64,000 nucleotides of DNA from Pristiophorus japonicus. Taxonomy: Eukaryota. The position numbers and the translations under genes are program-made. The stretch covers positions 106,330,001-106,394,000 of the forward strand of contig NC_091982.1 in the NCBI RefSeq assembly GCF_044704955.1, given 5' to 3'. Below are positions 12,449-24,199 of this stretch, in pieces; the first letter of the stretch is position 1; every line of letters begins with the position of its first letter. The notes below the pieces were generated by a model. The model saw only the letters and a list, made by a program, of their open reading frames with translations. It was not told the origin of the DNA and did not search any database.

Positions 12449-13591
12449 TCAGAGGCAGGGTATCGATACCAGTGCCGTTGCCCTACTGAGGTCGCTTGCT
12501 CTGCAGCTTGTGTGTGTTGGCCACACTCCATGGTGCATAACTCTGGTCCCAGGGATGCAGGCTACAGAATTGGATAGCTTGCTGGACCTGTGTGCTCCCG
12601 ATGGGTGTCTGCCTGCTGCACTGGCTGTGTGCAGTTGAAATCCTACATCGCACAACTTTTCATTACTTATCGTGAATACTCTGTAGCTCCGATCGCGATC
12701 GCGCGACTTTTCCTCGCTGGTTGCATGTACACAATTCTGATCATCAATTACACATTTTACATGATTGCGCGACTTCTTCTTGCTTATTGCAAGTACACAA
12801 CTCTGATCATCACTTAGACATTTTGTCTCTAACTTACAGTTGCTATTACATTGCTTGAATGTATGGAACTGTCCCTTTAATTGTGGTGGGTTGCAGGCCT
12901 CCTTTAAGACAGCCTTGCTTGCTTTACCCCAATCCTCTTCTCTGTTTGGTGCCACGTGTTGCTCCCCCAGCGCTGCATCTCGTGGTTTGGCCGCGGCCAT
13001 CCTTTTCTTCAGCGCCTCACCTCGTGGTTTGGGCACAATCTTTCCTCCATCCACGATGTCGACTGCGGTGATCCTGTTCTCACTAGGTTCTGCCACCGAA
13101 GCTGGGAAGTTGCCTTTTGATCCGATTTTCTTCCTCCGGAGTCCTGCCACTGGAGCCTGGAAAGTGTGTTCGGGTCGTCTCAGCTGGATCATCTCCACGC
13201 AGTCGTGCTGAGCGGTCTGTGCCTCGGGTGCTGTGCTGGTCTGCTCTCTGGTGCCAGATCCGCCCTCAAGTGAGGGCTTGCTTTGCCTCCAAATGCGGAG
13301 GACGTCGATCGCTGGAGGGTTGAAGTCTTCCCACTTCCAATGGATCGTCTTCATCCACCTTCTGCTGAGCAGCGTTGGTCCATCACCTGCAACAATCCAC
13401 AGAGGTAACTTGTGCACCGTGCCATCATGGAGTACCTTTACATTCACACTAGCAATGACTGGGATAATTTCATCAGTGTGCAGCTTTGCCTGAACCGGGA
13501 CCAACTTGGGTTGTTCAGCTTGATTGTCCCATAGCCTCTCAAAGGCTTCTTGATTCATTACTGACTGGCTCGCCCCCATGTCCACTTCCAT
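12449..13591 (-). CDS. Element C protease fused in frame to ~280 aa of unknown sequence (380 aa open frame; function unproven)
   Basis: EVDMGASQS...LPLWIVAGDGPTLLSRRW protease, then an uninterrupted non-RT extension homologous to B ORF 3909..4331. Confidence 0.55.
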   Translation of the reverse strand: MEVDMGASQSVMNQEAFERLWDNQAEQPKLVPVQAKLHTDEIIPVIASVNVKVLHDGTVHKLPLWIVAGDGPTLLSRRWMKTIHWKWEDFNPPAIDVLRIWRQSKPSLEGGSGTREQTSTAPEAQTAQHDCVEMIQLRRPEHTFQAPVAGLRRKKIGSKGNFPASVAEPSENRITAVDIVDGGKIVPKPRGEALKKRMAAAKPRDAALGEQHVAPNREEDWGKASKAVLKEACNPPQLKGQFHTFKQCNSNCKLETKCLSDDQSCVLAISKKKSRNHVKCVIDDQNCVHATSEEKSRDRDRSYRVFTISNEKLCDVGFQLHTASAAGRHPSGAHRSSKLSNSVACIPGTRVMHHGVWPTHTSCRASDLSRATALVSIPCL

Positions 13592-14237
13592 GAAGACTGG
13601 AACGCATCTTCAGTGGGGAACACTCGGTGGTGCAGGTAAACATGCTATTTACCTCATCGTGGTGCTGAGCTACCTCTCTGCCTATAGTTTCATAATCCGC
13701 GCTGGATTCATGGCCAACCTAAGACTCTTCATCGACACAGTGAGTCACATTTCTCTTACACATTCGCTGGAAGTGGCCCTTTGTGCTGCAGCCTTAAAGC
13801 GGCACTGGTGAGCCCTGTGATTCCCTACACAACACCAGCATGGAGCTATTCGATTAGCCTCCCTCGGCGGACTCTGAGTTAAGGAACTCAGGGGCCTGTT
13901 CTTTCTTCTCTGAGAGGGTTCGCGCTCTACTGTCCAGCCTCTAAACGGTGCCACTCTGCGCACAGTACCTGCCGGGTTTGAGTCCTGAGGGTGAGTCATC
14001 TGCCTAGAGCCACAGGTCGAGGTCATGAATGCCTGGCTCACGGAGATGGCCTTCTGCAGTGTGACTGTGTATCCGCCGACAGTAGCTTATGTAGAAGGCC
14101 CTCATGGCCAATTCCAATGACAAAAATGTCCCGCAGCGCTTCATTGAGATGGTTGCCGAACTCGCACGGTGCTGCCAGCCTCCTGAGGTCTGCGGCGTAT
14201 TTCGCGATTTCTTGACCTTTGAGCCGTCGGTGGGTGT

Positions 14238-15746
14238 TGTAAGGGAGTGGTCTCTGAGGGGGGGGGGTCAGGTTCCCTTTTGACCAACTTGAGCGGTTCG
14301 AATCGCTCCCACTCCCTTGGGTTCTAGACTCTGGATTTATTTGGGGGATGTGACAAAGTGCAAAGGACACTGGTTTGATGCAAAAGAACTTTGATTTTTT
14401 TACAGTCAAGAAATTACAAACATAATTACTCTAATAAGAAAGTACAATCTCAAAACTTATTCAAACTTATTAAAGAACAATACCTTACACACTCAGAGGG
14501 GGTTACAATAGCTTATAATGACTCTAATAGAGAACAATACATTATATTCAAAGGGGGTTACAGTAGAATTACACCTCCCACCTCCCAATACCTAATTCTA
14601 GCTAGGTTGGACTCCAGGGCAGGCAGGGACTATGCTTACCAATCCTTTTGACAGTTAACGGTAGATCACGGTTTCGGGTTTCGCTGGATGTGCTAGGGTC
14701 TGCTTGCTGTACCCCGAACGTCGGAGAAGACTTCTTGCTGCGCAATCTTTAGATGGGTTGAGTCCGCTGATGCGGTAAGGTGCGTTTTGGATCTGCGGGG
14801 TAAGTACCCGTTTTCTTTGACTAGGAATAGCTTTCTACAGTCTTTTAGGTAATGTTTTATACATTGGTAAGTCAGGAATAGATTGTAGAGTGGAAACTTT
14901 TCGATTCTTTGGTTTTTTTTCCGTTAGAGTTTTGTTCGAGTTTGGTCGATCGCGGTGGTTTTCCATTGGTACCACATTGGTCGTGGTCGGTGGCTGCTGC
15001 GATGGTGATGTTCTTCCTTCCTTCAGGACTTCAAGGCTGGAGAAGTTAGTTTACAACTGTCGTGTTGGTTTCTCTCCTTGTCTTGATGACATCAGCTTTG
15101 TCTCGGTTGTCTGGCAAAGTGTGTCATGCACTCTGTTGAAAACAGGGGGCCAGCTATATGGTTTGATTGGTTCTAATCTTTGCTCCAAATCAGTTCAAAA
15201 TCCTTTGTTCGAATTTGGCAGGCTTGACTCTTCTTTGTAATATCTTGGCGGGCTCGTTAAAAGTTGATATGTTTTGGGTGGGTTGATGTTCGAAAACTGT
15301 TTCCTGATGGAAATGTTAGCGTGATAATTGCAATGTCCTTTTGTGCTTAGTTTTCAAATACAGGCTGACTTGGGCCTCTTTGTGATGTATATGCTGAAAC
15401 GGTTTTCCAGGTTCAGATTGATGATTAGTTATCTCTGGGTCATGTTTTAATGTTAATGTCTCTTGTGGAGAAAGATTCTCGAATACCCATTTCTCCAGAT
15501 GTTAACTTAGTCTCAACACCCAGACAGTTCCAATAATCAAGTTGTCTTCAGTTAGTTTTTTAGGCCCGTCCACTGCATTGAATTTATCTTTTAAAATCCA
15601 AAATTTGATTAAAGTTCGTAGTTTCTTCCATAAGCATTTTAGGTTTCAAACTTTCTGGTAGATAGTCCCAAATTAAATTTCCTTTCGAATGAGCCCAAAC
15701 ACTGGGGTGGGGGGGGGGAGGTTCTTGTGAATTTTGCATTCTTTCA
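14238..15746 (-). mobile_element. 1.5-kb solo LTR (retrovirus-like) inserted in element C gag
   Basis: Minus strand begins TGAAAGA and ends TTACA; 4-bp TSD gtgt/gtat; splits gag RFYT|HRR; minus-strand CCAAT+TATAAAA at 14855-14867 and AATAAA at 14336-14341. Confidence 0.8.
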
Positions 15747-16300
15747 GTATAGAACCGTTGTCTGGCTGTGAGGATGCTCTCCTTGGGCTTGAGTTGCTCA
15801 TGGATCAGGGTTACGAGCTCCTTGTACGTCTTGGTCATTGTCTTCGCTGGTGCCAACAAGTCCCTGACGAGGCTATAGACAGTGGGCCCACAACTGGTTA
15901 GCAAGATAGCTCTGCGCTTATCAGCCAGTGTGGCCGGGTCGTCTCCTGTCAGGTTGTTTGCTGTGAAGAAATAGTTGAGCCTCTCCACAAAGACGTTCCA
16001 ATCATCATCGGTGAACTGCTGCAACGTACCAAGGGTAGCCATTTTCGCGTGAAAGTTCATAATCTCGTTGCCAATTGTTGTGTCCTTAGATGTTCTAATA
16101 ATGACTCCATGAGGCAGTGTGTTGTACATGAACTGTAGTCCTTATTTGCTAACTTAGAGTGAGGATCACACCTGGTGGCCTGCCTTTTATACTAGGCCAG
16201 GCACACCTGTACAGGTAACCTACAAGTCTCCCACTGTTGTGCCCTCTGGTGGCACACCTTGTGATAGTATCAACAGTAACCATGTAGGATACATGACATC

Positions 16301-17669
16301 GAAGGTACCCCTGTCACGGCTCAACAAGTTAAGACCTGGACCAGCCAGGACCCAATAATATCGGTGGAAAAGGGTTGCATCCTCAAAGGGGATTGGTCTG
16401 CCATACCTAAGCAAATGTGCGAGGAGGCCAAACCGTACATTCGTCGCAAGGACGAACTGTCTAATCAAACAGATTGCATATTTTGTGGGGCAATCGAGTT
16501 GTACTGCCTATGATAGGGAGAACGAAGTTTGTGCATGTGTTACACAGCACAGATCCTGGTATAGTGATGATGCAGGCCATTTCCAGTTCCCACGTATGGT
16601 GACCAGGAATTGAATCTGAGCTGGAAGCATGCGTGCATCAGTGCAACACCTGCATGCAGCTCAGCAAAGCACCAGCGGAACCGCCACTGAGTCTGTGGTC
16701 ATGGCCATCCAAACCTTGGTCCAGGATCCATGTAGATTTTACAGGTCCCTTCCTGGGCAAAATGTTTTTAGTGGTGATGGATGCTTATTCGAAGTGGATA
16801 GAATGCATAATCATGACATCCAGTATGTCTCCCTATCATAGAGAATCTCAATTTCATGTTTGCGACACATGGTCTGCCTGACATAGTGGTGAGCGACAAT
16901 GGGTCGTGCTTCACCAGTCAGGAGTTTGTAAAACTTAACGGCGTAAAACATGTAAGGTCAGCACCATTCAAGCCTGCGTCCAACGGGCAAGCAGAACGTG
17001 CAGTACAAGTTATCAAGCAAAGCATGAGGAGAGTAACTCAAGGGCCACTGCAGGCCCGCTTGTCTTGCATATTGCTAAGTTACAGGACAAGACCCCACAC
17101 ACTCACATGGGTGTCACCTGCTGAACTCATTATGAAAAGAGGTCTTAAGACCAAGTTATCTCTTGTACACCCGGATTTAAGTAATCATGTTGAATACAGA
17201 AGACAAAGCCAACAAGGGTACCACAATCGCGCAACTGTGTCACGCGAGATTTCTGTTAATGACCCTGTATATGTGTTGAATTATGGTCAGGGTCCCAAAT
17301 GGATCACTGGTACGGTCATAGCCAAGGAGGCCAAGTAAGCTCAAGAACGGGCAAACTTGCAGGAAACACATGGATCAAACAAAGCTGAGGCACAGACGAG
17401 CCAGAGCAGTCGGACGAAGAAACCGTCGACGACCAACCAACCTACCAGCTGCCTTCAGTGGGCTCAAGGGTCATCAGTGAACCCGGAATTTCCATCACGG
17501 ATTTGTTCAATAAAAATGGACTTACAATTCCTGACATGGCCACTACCACCCCCAACAATTCAGCTATCCGCCACCAGCCACAACAGACTCCGCACATTCA
17601 CCCAAGGCCGGTATCGAACTGAGACGATCAATCCGGGAGTGTAAAGCACCGGACCATCTCAACCTGTGA
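16301..17669 (+). pseudogene. pol: Element A integrase (frameshifted)
   Basis: CNTC zinc motif, PWSRIHVDFTGP, VVSDNGSCF, PASNGQAERAVQ in ORFs 16633..16881 and 16856..17338. Confidence 0.92.
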
Positions 17670-17700
17670 AAGACTGTGATAAGATCTCAGAGGAGGGTAT

Positions 17701-17902
17701 TGTCATGTATGTATATTCTGTTTGTAGCCACCAGATGGTGTCATTGCCGGAAGCCATTGAGCAGCACGCACATGGTGCTGCTCTGGTATAAAAGGCCAGC
17801 CATTTTGTGAGTCAGGCACTTTGGGCCTAAATAAAGCAGAACAAGGTTGTGCCTTGTTTAGTTAAACAGTACTCAGTTTGAACCTTTATTGCACACATAA
17901 CA
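17701..17902 (+). repeat. 3' LTR of element A
   Basis: Direct repeat of 1636-1838, preceded by PPT and followed by TSD CCTAC. Confidence 0.95.
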
Positions 17903-18099
17903 CCTACTAATCTGTATAAGTGCTTTATTTAATATTAGCATCCATGATTGCTGAAAACTCCATTTTGAGGACACCTCTAGGGATTTTATGCAGCATTTTC
18001 ACTACAAGATTCTTTGGGGCAGTGTCAGCTTCGTTGAAACTGTTTGTCAGCTTTTCTGAGTTTTGTGGGTTGGCATTACGTCATTGCAGTTTGTTATTA

Positions 18100-18350
18100 T
18101 AAGGTGTGACTGCCTCCTATTATCTTGACTGCTCTGGTGAGGCCATTGAGCTTCTTCTGTATTGAGTAGCCATATGGGGGTTGCTATGGTGGCTGCTCCT
18201 TCCACCAGTCCTGGATGACCTTCTATGGGCTTCCTGCTCTCAGGGCTATAAAGCCAGTTCCTCCTTTGCTGGATTTCAGCCAATAACACTTCAACTGAAG
18301 GGCCTATAAATTGGTGCCCTGAAGAGCCATCAGCCTCAAGTTTTGTCATG
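18100..18350 (-). mobile_element. Probable Harbinger Myb/SANT-like gene relic
   Basis: QFIGPSVEVLLAEIQQRRNWLY resembles the N-terminal trihelix motif of Harbinger Myb-like proteins; heavily decayed. Confidence 0.4.
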
Positions 18351-18994
18351 ACCCAAATTGTTTCAGACACAAAAGAGCTGCCATGCCCTTTTAAACTGTT
18401 GCAGCCACTTTAATGCTGCAGCAAGCACCGGATTTCACTGCTCCCCAGCCAGAGATAGGCTCACGATAGACGACACAACAGGGCTGGGTGCCTGCTGGCA
18501 ATATCAAAATGAAATTGACTGAGGAGCATAGGATGGACTCATGGTGAGGTCACACCAGCTGTGTTGTCACACTGGACTACCCACAGTAGACCATCACAGA
18601 GGACAATCTATCCTATGTTGCACTTTGTGACTGTTTTTCCACAGCACGGAATATATAATTTTCGGAGAAAACTAGCAAGTCAGCCTGATGATTGCAAATC
18701 CAGGTTTACTAATAAACAGCTGTTGACTTTTTTGCCTTGGACTGTTGGGTAGCCCTGCTTCCTTTGTATTAGGAGTTCCTACCTTTGCTTGTAGGAGATT
18801 GACGTGTTGAATAAGGCCAGAGAAATATTATTAGTGCTGCGTCAATGTTTTTCAGGTCGGGGATGGAATTCATCTTCCGTGAAGTGAGGGATCAATATGC
18901 GGTGGAGGGAAGTACATGATAGACTAATCAAACATGGGCTGTAAAAGCAGCAGTCTTGTTGGGCCAAATGACCTTTCATTGCTTTCATTGGAGC

Positions 18995-19240
18995 ACAGGA
19001 ACAGGAGAAGACTATTCAGTCCTTTGAATCTGTTTCGCCACTTGATTAGATGATGGCTGATTTAACCTCAACTCCATTTACCTGCCTTTGCTCAGTATCT
19101 CTTGATACCCTTACCTAACATAAATCTATCGATCTCAATCTTGCAAAGTTCAATGGACCTAACACAACATTTTCGGGGAGGGAGTTCCAGATATCCACTA
19201 CACTTTGTACGAAAAAGCACTTCCAGATTTCACACCGAAA
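18995..19240 (-). mobile_element. Old CR1 3' fragment
   Basis: aggaacaggag...gatggctgat..acctcaactcca..ttgataccctta..gagttccagat matches the reverse complement of CR1 3' ends in this window. Confidence 0.65.
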
Positions 19241-20477
19241 TACAATTTTCTTATGATCTTATGATAGGAACATTCAATTATCAATTCTGTCAAACACAAT
19301 TCTGTCCTTTTAGATTGCCTAAAGTACATGATTCATTAAAAAAATGTTCAACAATAAAAGGCCATTTGGCCCATCACGTCGACCCCTTCCAACAGACCAT
19401 GGGTAATTTGCGCACTCATGCACTGTATGCAACCTTATTAAATCTCTTGAAATAAACAACTTTCCAAGAAGCCTAAGCTTTGTCTCCGTCACTCCATTGG
19501 ACAAATTGTTAGGTTTGCAACAAGTCATTGCAATCATTTTCCAACCTTGACTTCTCAAGGTAATTGAGGAGAAACACTTGGCAATCAATTTTACATTATG
19601 ATCATTTTTCAGCCTAGGGTTACTGGCCTCGAAATCTGATGATGCTGTGTCTGTTTTGCAGAGAAAAAACAGGCACAAAAGTGTTCAATATGGCGTGCGG
19701 CGTGCACATTTTGGCCTGGAAGTGTGCCACCCACCATATTGTTACAGAAAGATCCATCTAGGGGTCACGAAAACCAGGTTTACATACGGCCTAAACAGCC
19801 ACCTTTAAAGGGACAGCAGCAGGCCCCCACCAAAAAGGTAAGTCTTGTAAAAAATATTCACTTGAATGTGAAGCCGGGAGATTAATGTGCAAACCAGTGC
19901 AAACCAATTCTTGTGCCAGTGTATTCCAGTAATGATGATTCTATATTTCCAATAGGGCGGGAACCAGTGATTCACAGACTATTTAGTTATCTAGCTATAT
20001 CCTTCTGTCCCTATTTACAGTGAAATCCTTACCCAGCACTTTTAACATATGTCACCAGACCAGCCGTGTGTGCAAGTGCAAACCTAATATAGTGGGTTTC
20101 TATGTGAGGGAAACTAATAACTAAAACAAAGCTATTTCCTACTCGGCAGAAGGTACATTGCTCATTCTTTTCTGTGGCAGGCGGATTCACTGGGTCTGAA
20201 AGTTGTCCCTCAAGATTTTCCTGATTCTGATTATCCCACTGGAATTATTTGTGGCTCCAACCCACCCGGTGGACTGCTCACTTTATCTCTGAAGGCTTTT
20301 AATACACCCACCATGATCACACTTCGACTTGGTGAAGCCTCACTTTCTTACTGCAATATTCAGTATCTACTTGAGCTGGCAGTTGGGAGCAGTGGTCCAT
20401 ATGATTGTGGCTCCCTGCGCGTTCCAGGGAGAGATTTGTTTTTTCTGTCTTTCTTGAAAGACATACAAGGAGATTTT

Positions 20478-20566
20478 GGGCTGGAATTTCCACATCTTGC
20501 CATCCGTTTACTGCCGGAATACTGCCGAAATATGGGCGGTGGCGCTAAAAATGGAAACTCGAGCCC
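20478..20566. mobile_element. Tiny MITE-like element with imperfect TIRs
   Basis: gggctggaatttcca ... tggaaactcgagccc inverted termini, similar to the 54686-55318 termini. Confidence 0.5.
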
Positions 20567-20902
20567 GATGTTTCCCCTCGTGGGCGAATCTAGAACTAGG
20601 GGCCATCGTTTCAGAATAAGGGGTCACTCATTTAAGACAGAGATGAGGAAGAATTTCTTCTCTCATAGGGCTGTGAATCTTTGGAATTCTCTACCCTAGA
20701 GAGCTGTGGAAGCTAAGTCATTGAATATATTCAAGGCTGAGATAGACAGATTCTTGAACTATAAGGGAATCCAAAGTTATGGGGAACAGGCTGGAAAGTG
20801 GAGTTGAGGCCAAGATCAGATCAGCCATGATCTTATTGAATGGCAGAGCAGGCTCGAGGGGCCGTATGGCCTACTCCTGCTCCTATTTCTTATGTTCTTA
20901 TG
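20567..20902 (+). mobile_element. CR1 3' fragment with (TTCTTATG)n tail
   Basis: MFPLVGESRTRGH..RKNFFSHRAVNLWNSLP, 3'UTR and tail. Confidence 0.88.
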
Positions 20903-20996
20903 AGACCACAGGTAGCATGTTACTTAGAAAGGAAACTCTAAACTGGTCCTTCTGGAAGAGGCAGTCTCACTTCATTCCTCTTGGGTTTTGCACATT

Positions 20997-21149
20997 GGGA
21001 TGTAAGTTAGTCCTGGGTCACAGTGCAAAATGGGCGGTAGAGAATTGACAGCTTGTTTTGCACTTGGTATGGTTTCCTTTTCCATTGACTGCACTCAGGT
21101 GGAGTGTAAAGCGGTCTTGCCCTGCAGCCCAAAGACGAATTTATACCCC
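20997..21149. mobile_element. Short MITE-like element
   Basis: gggatgtaagttagtcctggg ... cccaaagacgaatttatacccc imperfect inverted termini. Confidence 0.35.
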
Positions 21150-22863
21150 AATTATGTTATCAGCTAATAGGTATTGAGGAATTTCATTGTGGATCTCATT
21201 CAACACAATCTGAATATGAAAAATGACATCAACATTCAATAGAATAGAATAGCCAAAGTAGCATTTTACAGCAGATTCATTCAAAGCTGCCTTTGAAATT
21301 AAGCTTTAAAGGCAGCAAATTACCACTGTATAATTTTTTTTATTCTTCTGTAAAAGTTCTAATTGTGCGTGTGGCTTGGGGCAACAATAAAGCCCCCTGG
21401 TGGTCTGATTTCATATTGAAATCTTTAACAATGCAAAGCTGAGTATATAATTAATAAATTAGAACATTTTCACTTAAGCTAGTTAAGTCGGTGGCATTCC
21501 TGAAATGTGGTGCCCTGTATTAGTAATGGCACTGGGATACTTTCAGTGAAACATTTTAAAGGAAGGGAAGGAAGTCTTTGAGGGGAGGGAGGGGGCCGAT
21601 TGTAGTGTTTTGTGGAATTGCCCATCAGAGTTGAGATGAAACATTCTATTTTCAGAACTCATTCTCACCTCAATCGTGGTGAATTTTACAACCAATTAAT
21701 TTAACAGCTTTAGACATCGTAAGGAATTGCTGCAGACGAGAATGAACACAGTCAGTGGGCTGTCACCAAGGAGTACCTACCTGACGGTACATTGGCATTT
21801 GGGGAGGACTGTGGAAATAGGTACATCAATAGCCATCACCAACTTGTATGTTATGTAATTCACCAATTTATTTTTAGCCTCTCTTTGCATCTGTTTTTGA
21901 TTATATAGATGTTGTGCCCACGCTGGATTAATGTAATTTGCATAATTAACATATAATCTCGCCATTAATTAGTCGCAAAGGCCTATTATTATCACGTTTA
22001 AATTGAAATAATAGATTTACAAAAAGAATTGTAATCCCAGCCCTGCCTCAGCACAACACGAGACATGACAACACTGAGCTTTATTCTTGCAAATATTTTG
22101 AAATTGAGACCCCAGTGTATGGAAGGAGATTTAACTGTACAAAACTGATGCTGTCGCCTTGTCTACACTGCTGATATCCCTTCTGAATTTTAAGGAGTGG
22201 GAGTAGACTGAGGCAGCGTTTTTAGATTTTAATGAGGTAACTGTAATTAGTACAGGGGTAATCTCAAAGGAATACCAGGGAATGTAGCCACATAAATTCA
22301 AAATGATTAAACTGCTGAACCGTGTACATAGCGCAGTTATGTGGAGTAAAGTTTAGTGGAAAAACAGATTAGGCAAAAATAAATGTTAGCAAAAAATTCT
22401 CCCTCGATGTTCCGACCATTGCTGAGAAAGTGAATGACCCGGATATTTGTTCTGAGTTGTGAAGAGAGTGGGGTTGGGGTGGGAGGAGGATTTCCCAACG
22501 GTAAACCTGGAAGAACGGGTGCCCTGCACGTCTTGCAGGAGTTAACTATAGAACATTTTCCCAGTAGGTTTCCTGCCTGACAGCCAGCCTGCCTGTCGGA
22601 CCGGAAAACAGACGAGGGATGGGTGCTGGGTGAATGATGGCAGGTCACAGGTGGGGGTGGGGGGGTCAGAGATTGCCGGTGGGTTGGGGGGTGGGCAGGG
22701 TTAGGGGGGGTGATGTTCCTGTCCACTGGCTGTGAGCCTGCACGATGTGCTCCATGTAAGCGCCACTCCTCACTGGAAGCACAGTGTCAAGCCTTATATC
22801 GTTATTAAACTGTGTACAGACAAGGGCGGTGTTGGGGTCCCGAGCCAGTTTAAAGCTCCAACA

Positions 22864-23184
22864 AGAGTTGCCAACTCTATCTGGATTTATTCCTGGAGGT
22901 TTCATCACATGACCTCGCGCCTCGAATCAGCCCGCCCCCACACTCCCGCCATTGGTCCATCCTCCAGGCACACTGCCTTCCCATGTCCAATTGGAAAGGG
23001 AACAGACTCTTTCTAATCCCAATTGGATTAACCTTGCCTGTCAGTGAAGTAACCTTTCTTTCCCCATTTCCATAACAAATGAAAATGTTTAATGCCCCTA
23101 TGATTTTTCTCCCGGGTGCTCGCAGCAGTGTCGGGGAGATTGATCTTTAATTCCTGAAGACAATCCTGGAGGATTGGCAACCCT
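22864..23184. mobile_element. MITE-like DNA element with AGGGTTGCCAA-type TIRs
   Basis: agagttgccaa at 22864 and ttggcaaccct ending 23184; internal tcctggagg repeated near both ends; no clean TSD. Confidence 0.5.
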
Positions 23185-23257
23185 CGTCCCGAGACAGCGC
23201 TCCACTCGCAAGTCGTCACCAAGGAGACACACAGCGCTCTACAGCAGTCTCCGACCG

Positions 23258-23366
23258 CAGCACCCGCCATCACCCCCACCCTGCACCCAACCTGCACCCA
23301 TCCCACACCCATCCACCTCGCACCCACGCCACACCCACCCTGCACCCACCCTGCACCCATCCCACA
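23258..23366. repeat. C/A-rich low-complexity repeat
   Basis: Iterated ccctgcaccca/cacc units. Confidence 0.7.
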
Positions 23367-24199
23367 GTCACGGCTAAGGTGGGAGAAGAAGGAGACCAAC
23401 TTCAGTTCTTGCCAACTGTTAGTAAAAATATAGGAGCCTTCAAACGGAGTCTTTGCACAGCCCCCCGCAAGACAAACACCGCTTCTGCATGCAGGGTTTG
23501 AGATTGAAATAAGTGCGAGCACAGGCAACAACTTAATATAGCTGACAGTTGAACTAAACGCCAGGGCTCAGAAATTACATGGTGTGTATTATCGGTTAAT
23601 GTCTTCATCTGCACTGTCTCTCTCTGCCCTTTTAGAAGTGTCAGCTCATTTAAAATAAACTGCTTGACCTGTCTGCTAAAGTAGAGGAGAGAGGAATTTC
23701 AGACCAAAGTGTTAGGTGTTCAGTGCTAGTTTCCTATCGAGCAATTTCAGTGTCCAGTTATTCTATGTCATTTCAATCAAACTGGGGTGATTTGTGAATG
23801 ATGGCGAAAAAAATAGAGACAGATGAAGAGTGGTTGACTGTCAGGGGAAATCATCAACGGATGAGCCGCCTGTGTTTTGCACTGCTCTGAGCATTCCTAC
23901 CCTTCAAAAACAGGACTTCAAAACACTAGAGAAAACTTGGAGAGAAGTCTTCATTTGTGTGTTGTGGCCTAATTAAAGGCCGTTATGGAAGAACTTGTGC
24001 AAAATTCTACAGCTGTGAAGGCACACAAAGAAGTGTGTGTTTATTTAACTCGAGGAGTAAAGTAACTCCCGAACTTAGTGAGCAGGATGAAGGTGATGAA
24101 TACTACAGGAGCTTTCTAACTGAGAGCATAGGTGTGGAGCACTGATGGGCATGTCGTAGAGGAGAGTGAGATCCAAAAGAACACAGGGTATCAGAGGAG

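Larger units (their letters stand above)
11475..16300 (-). mobile_element. Non-autonomous Gypsy-derived LTR element C (gag, protease, unknown ORF; no RT/RH/IN)
   Basis: LTRs 11475-11708 and 16076-16298; TSD GAAGG (11470-11474, 16301-16305); PBS TGGCAACGAG at 16064-16073(-); PPT after 11710; gag ORFs 15584..16129 and 14038..14409. Confidence 0.92.
1636..17902 (+). mobile_element. Gypsy (Mag-like) LTR retrotransposon A, complete but decayed, inflated by nested insertions
   Basis: Matching TG...CA LTRs 1636-1838 and 17701-17902; 5-bp TSD CCTAC (1631-1635, 17903-17907); PBS TGGCGACGAG; PPT gaggagggtat before 3' LTR; gag-PR-RT-RH-IN order. Confidence 0.95.

Noticed and set aside
22900-23030. Host gene promoter (GC box plus CCAAT boxes)
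   Set aside because: Lies inside a TIR-bounded MITE-like element; no downstream exon supported
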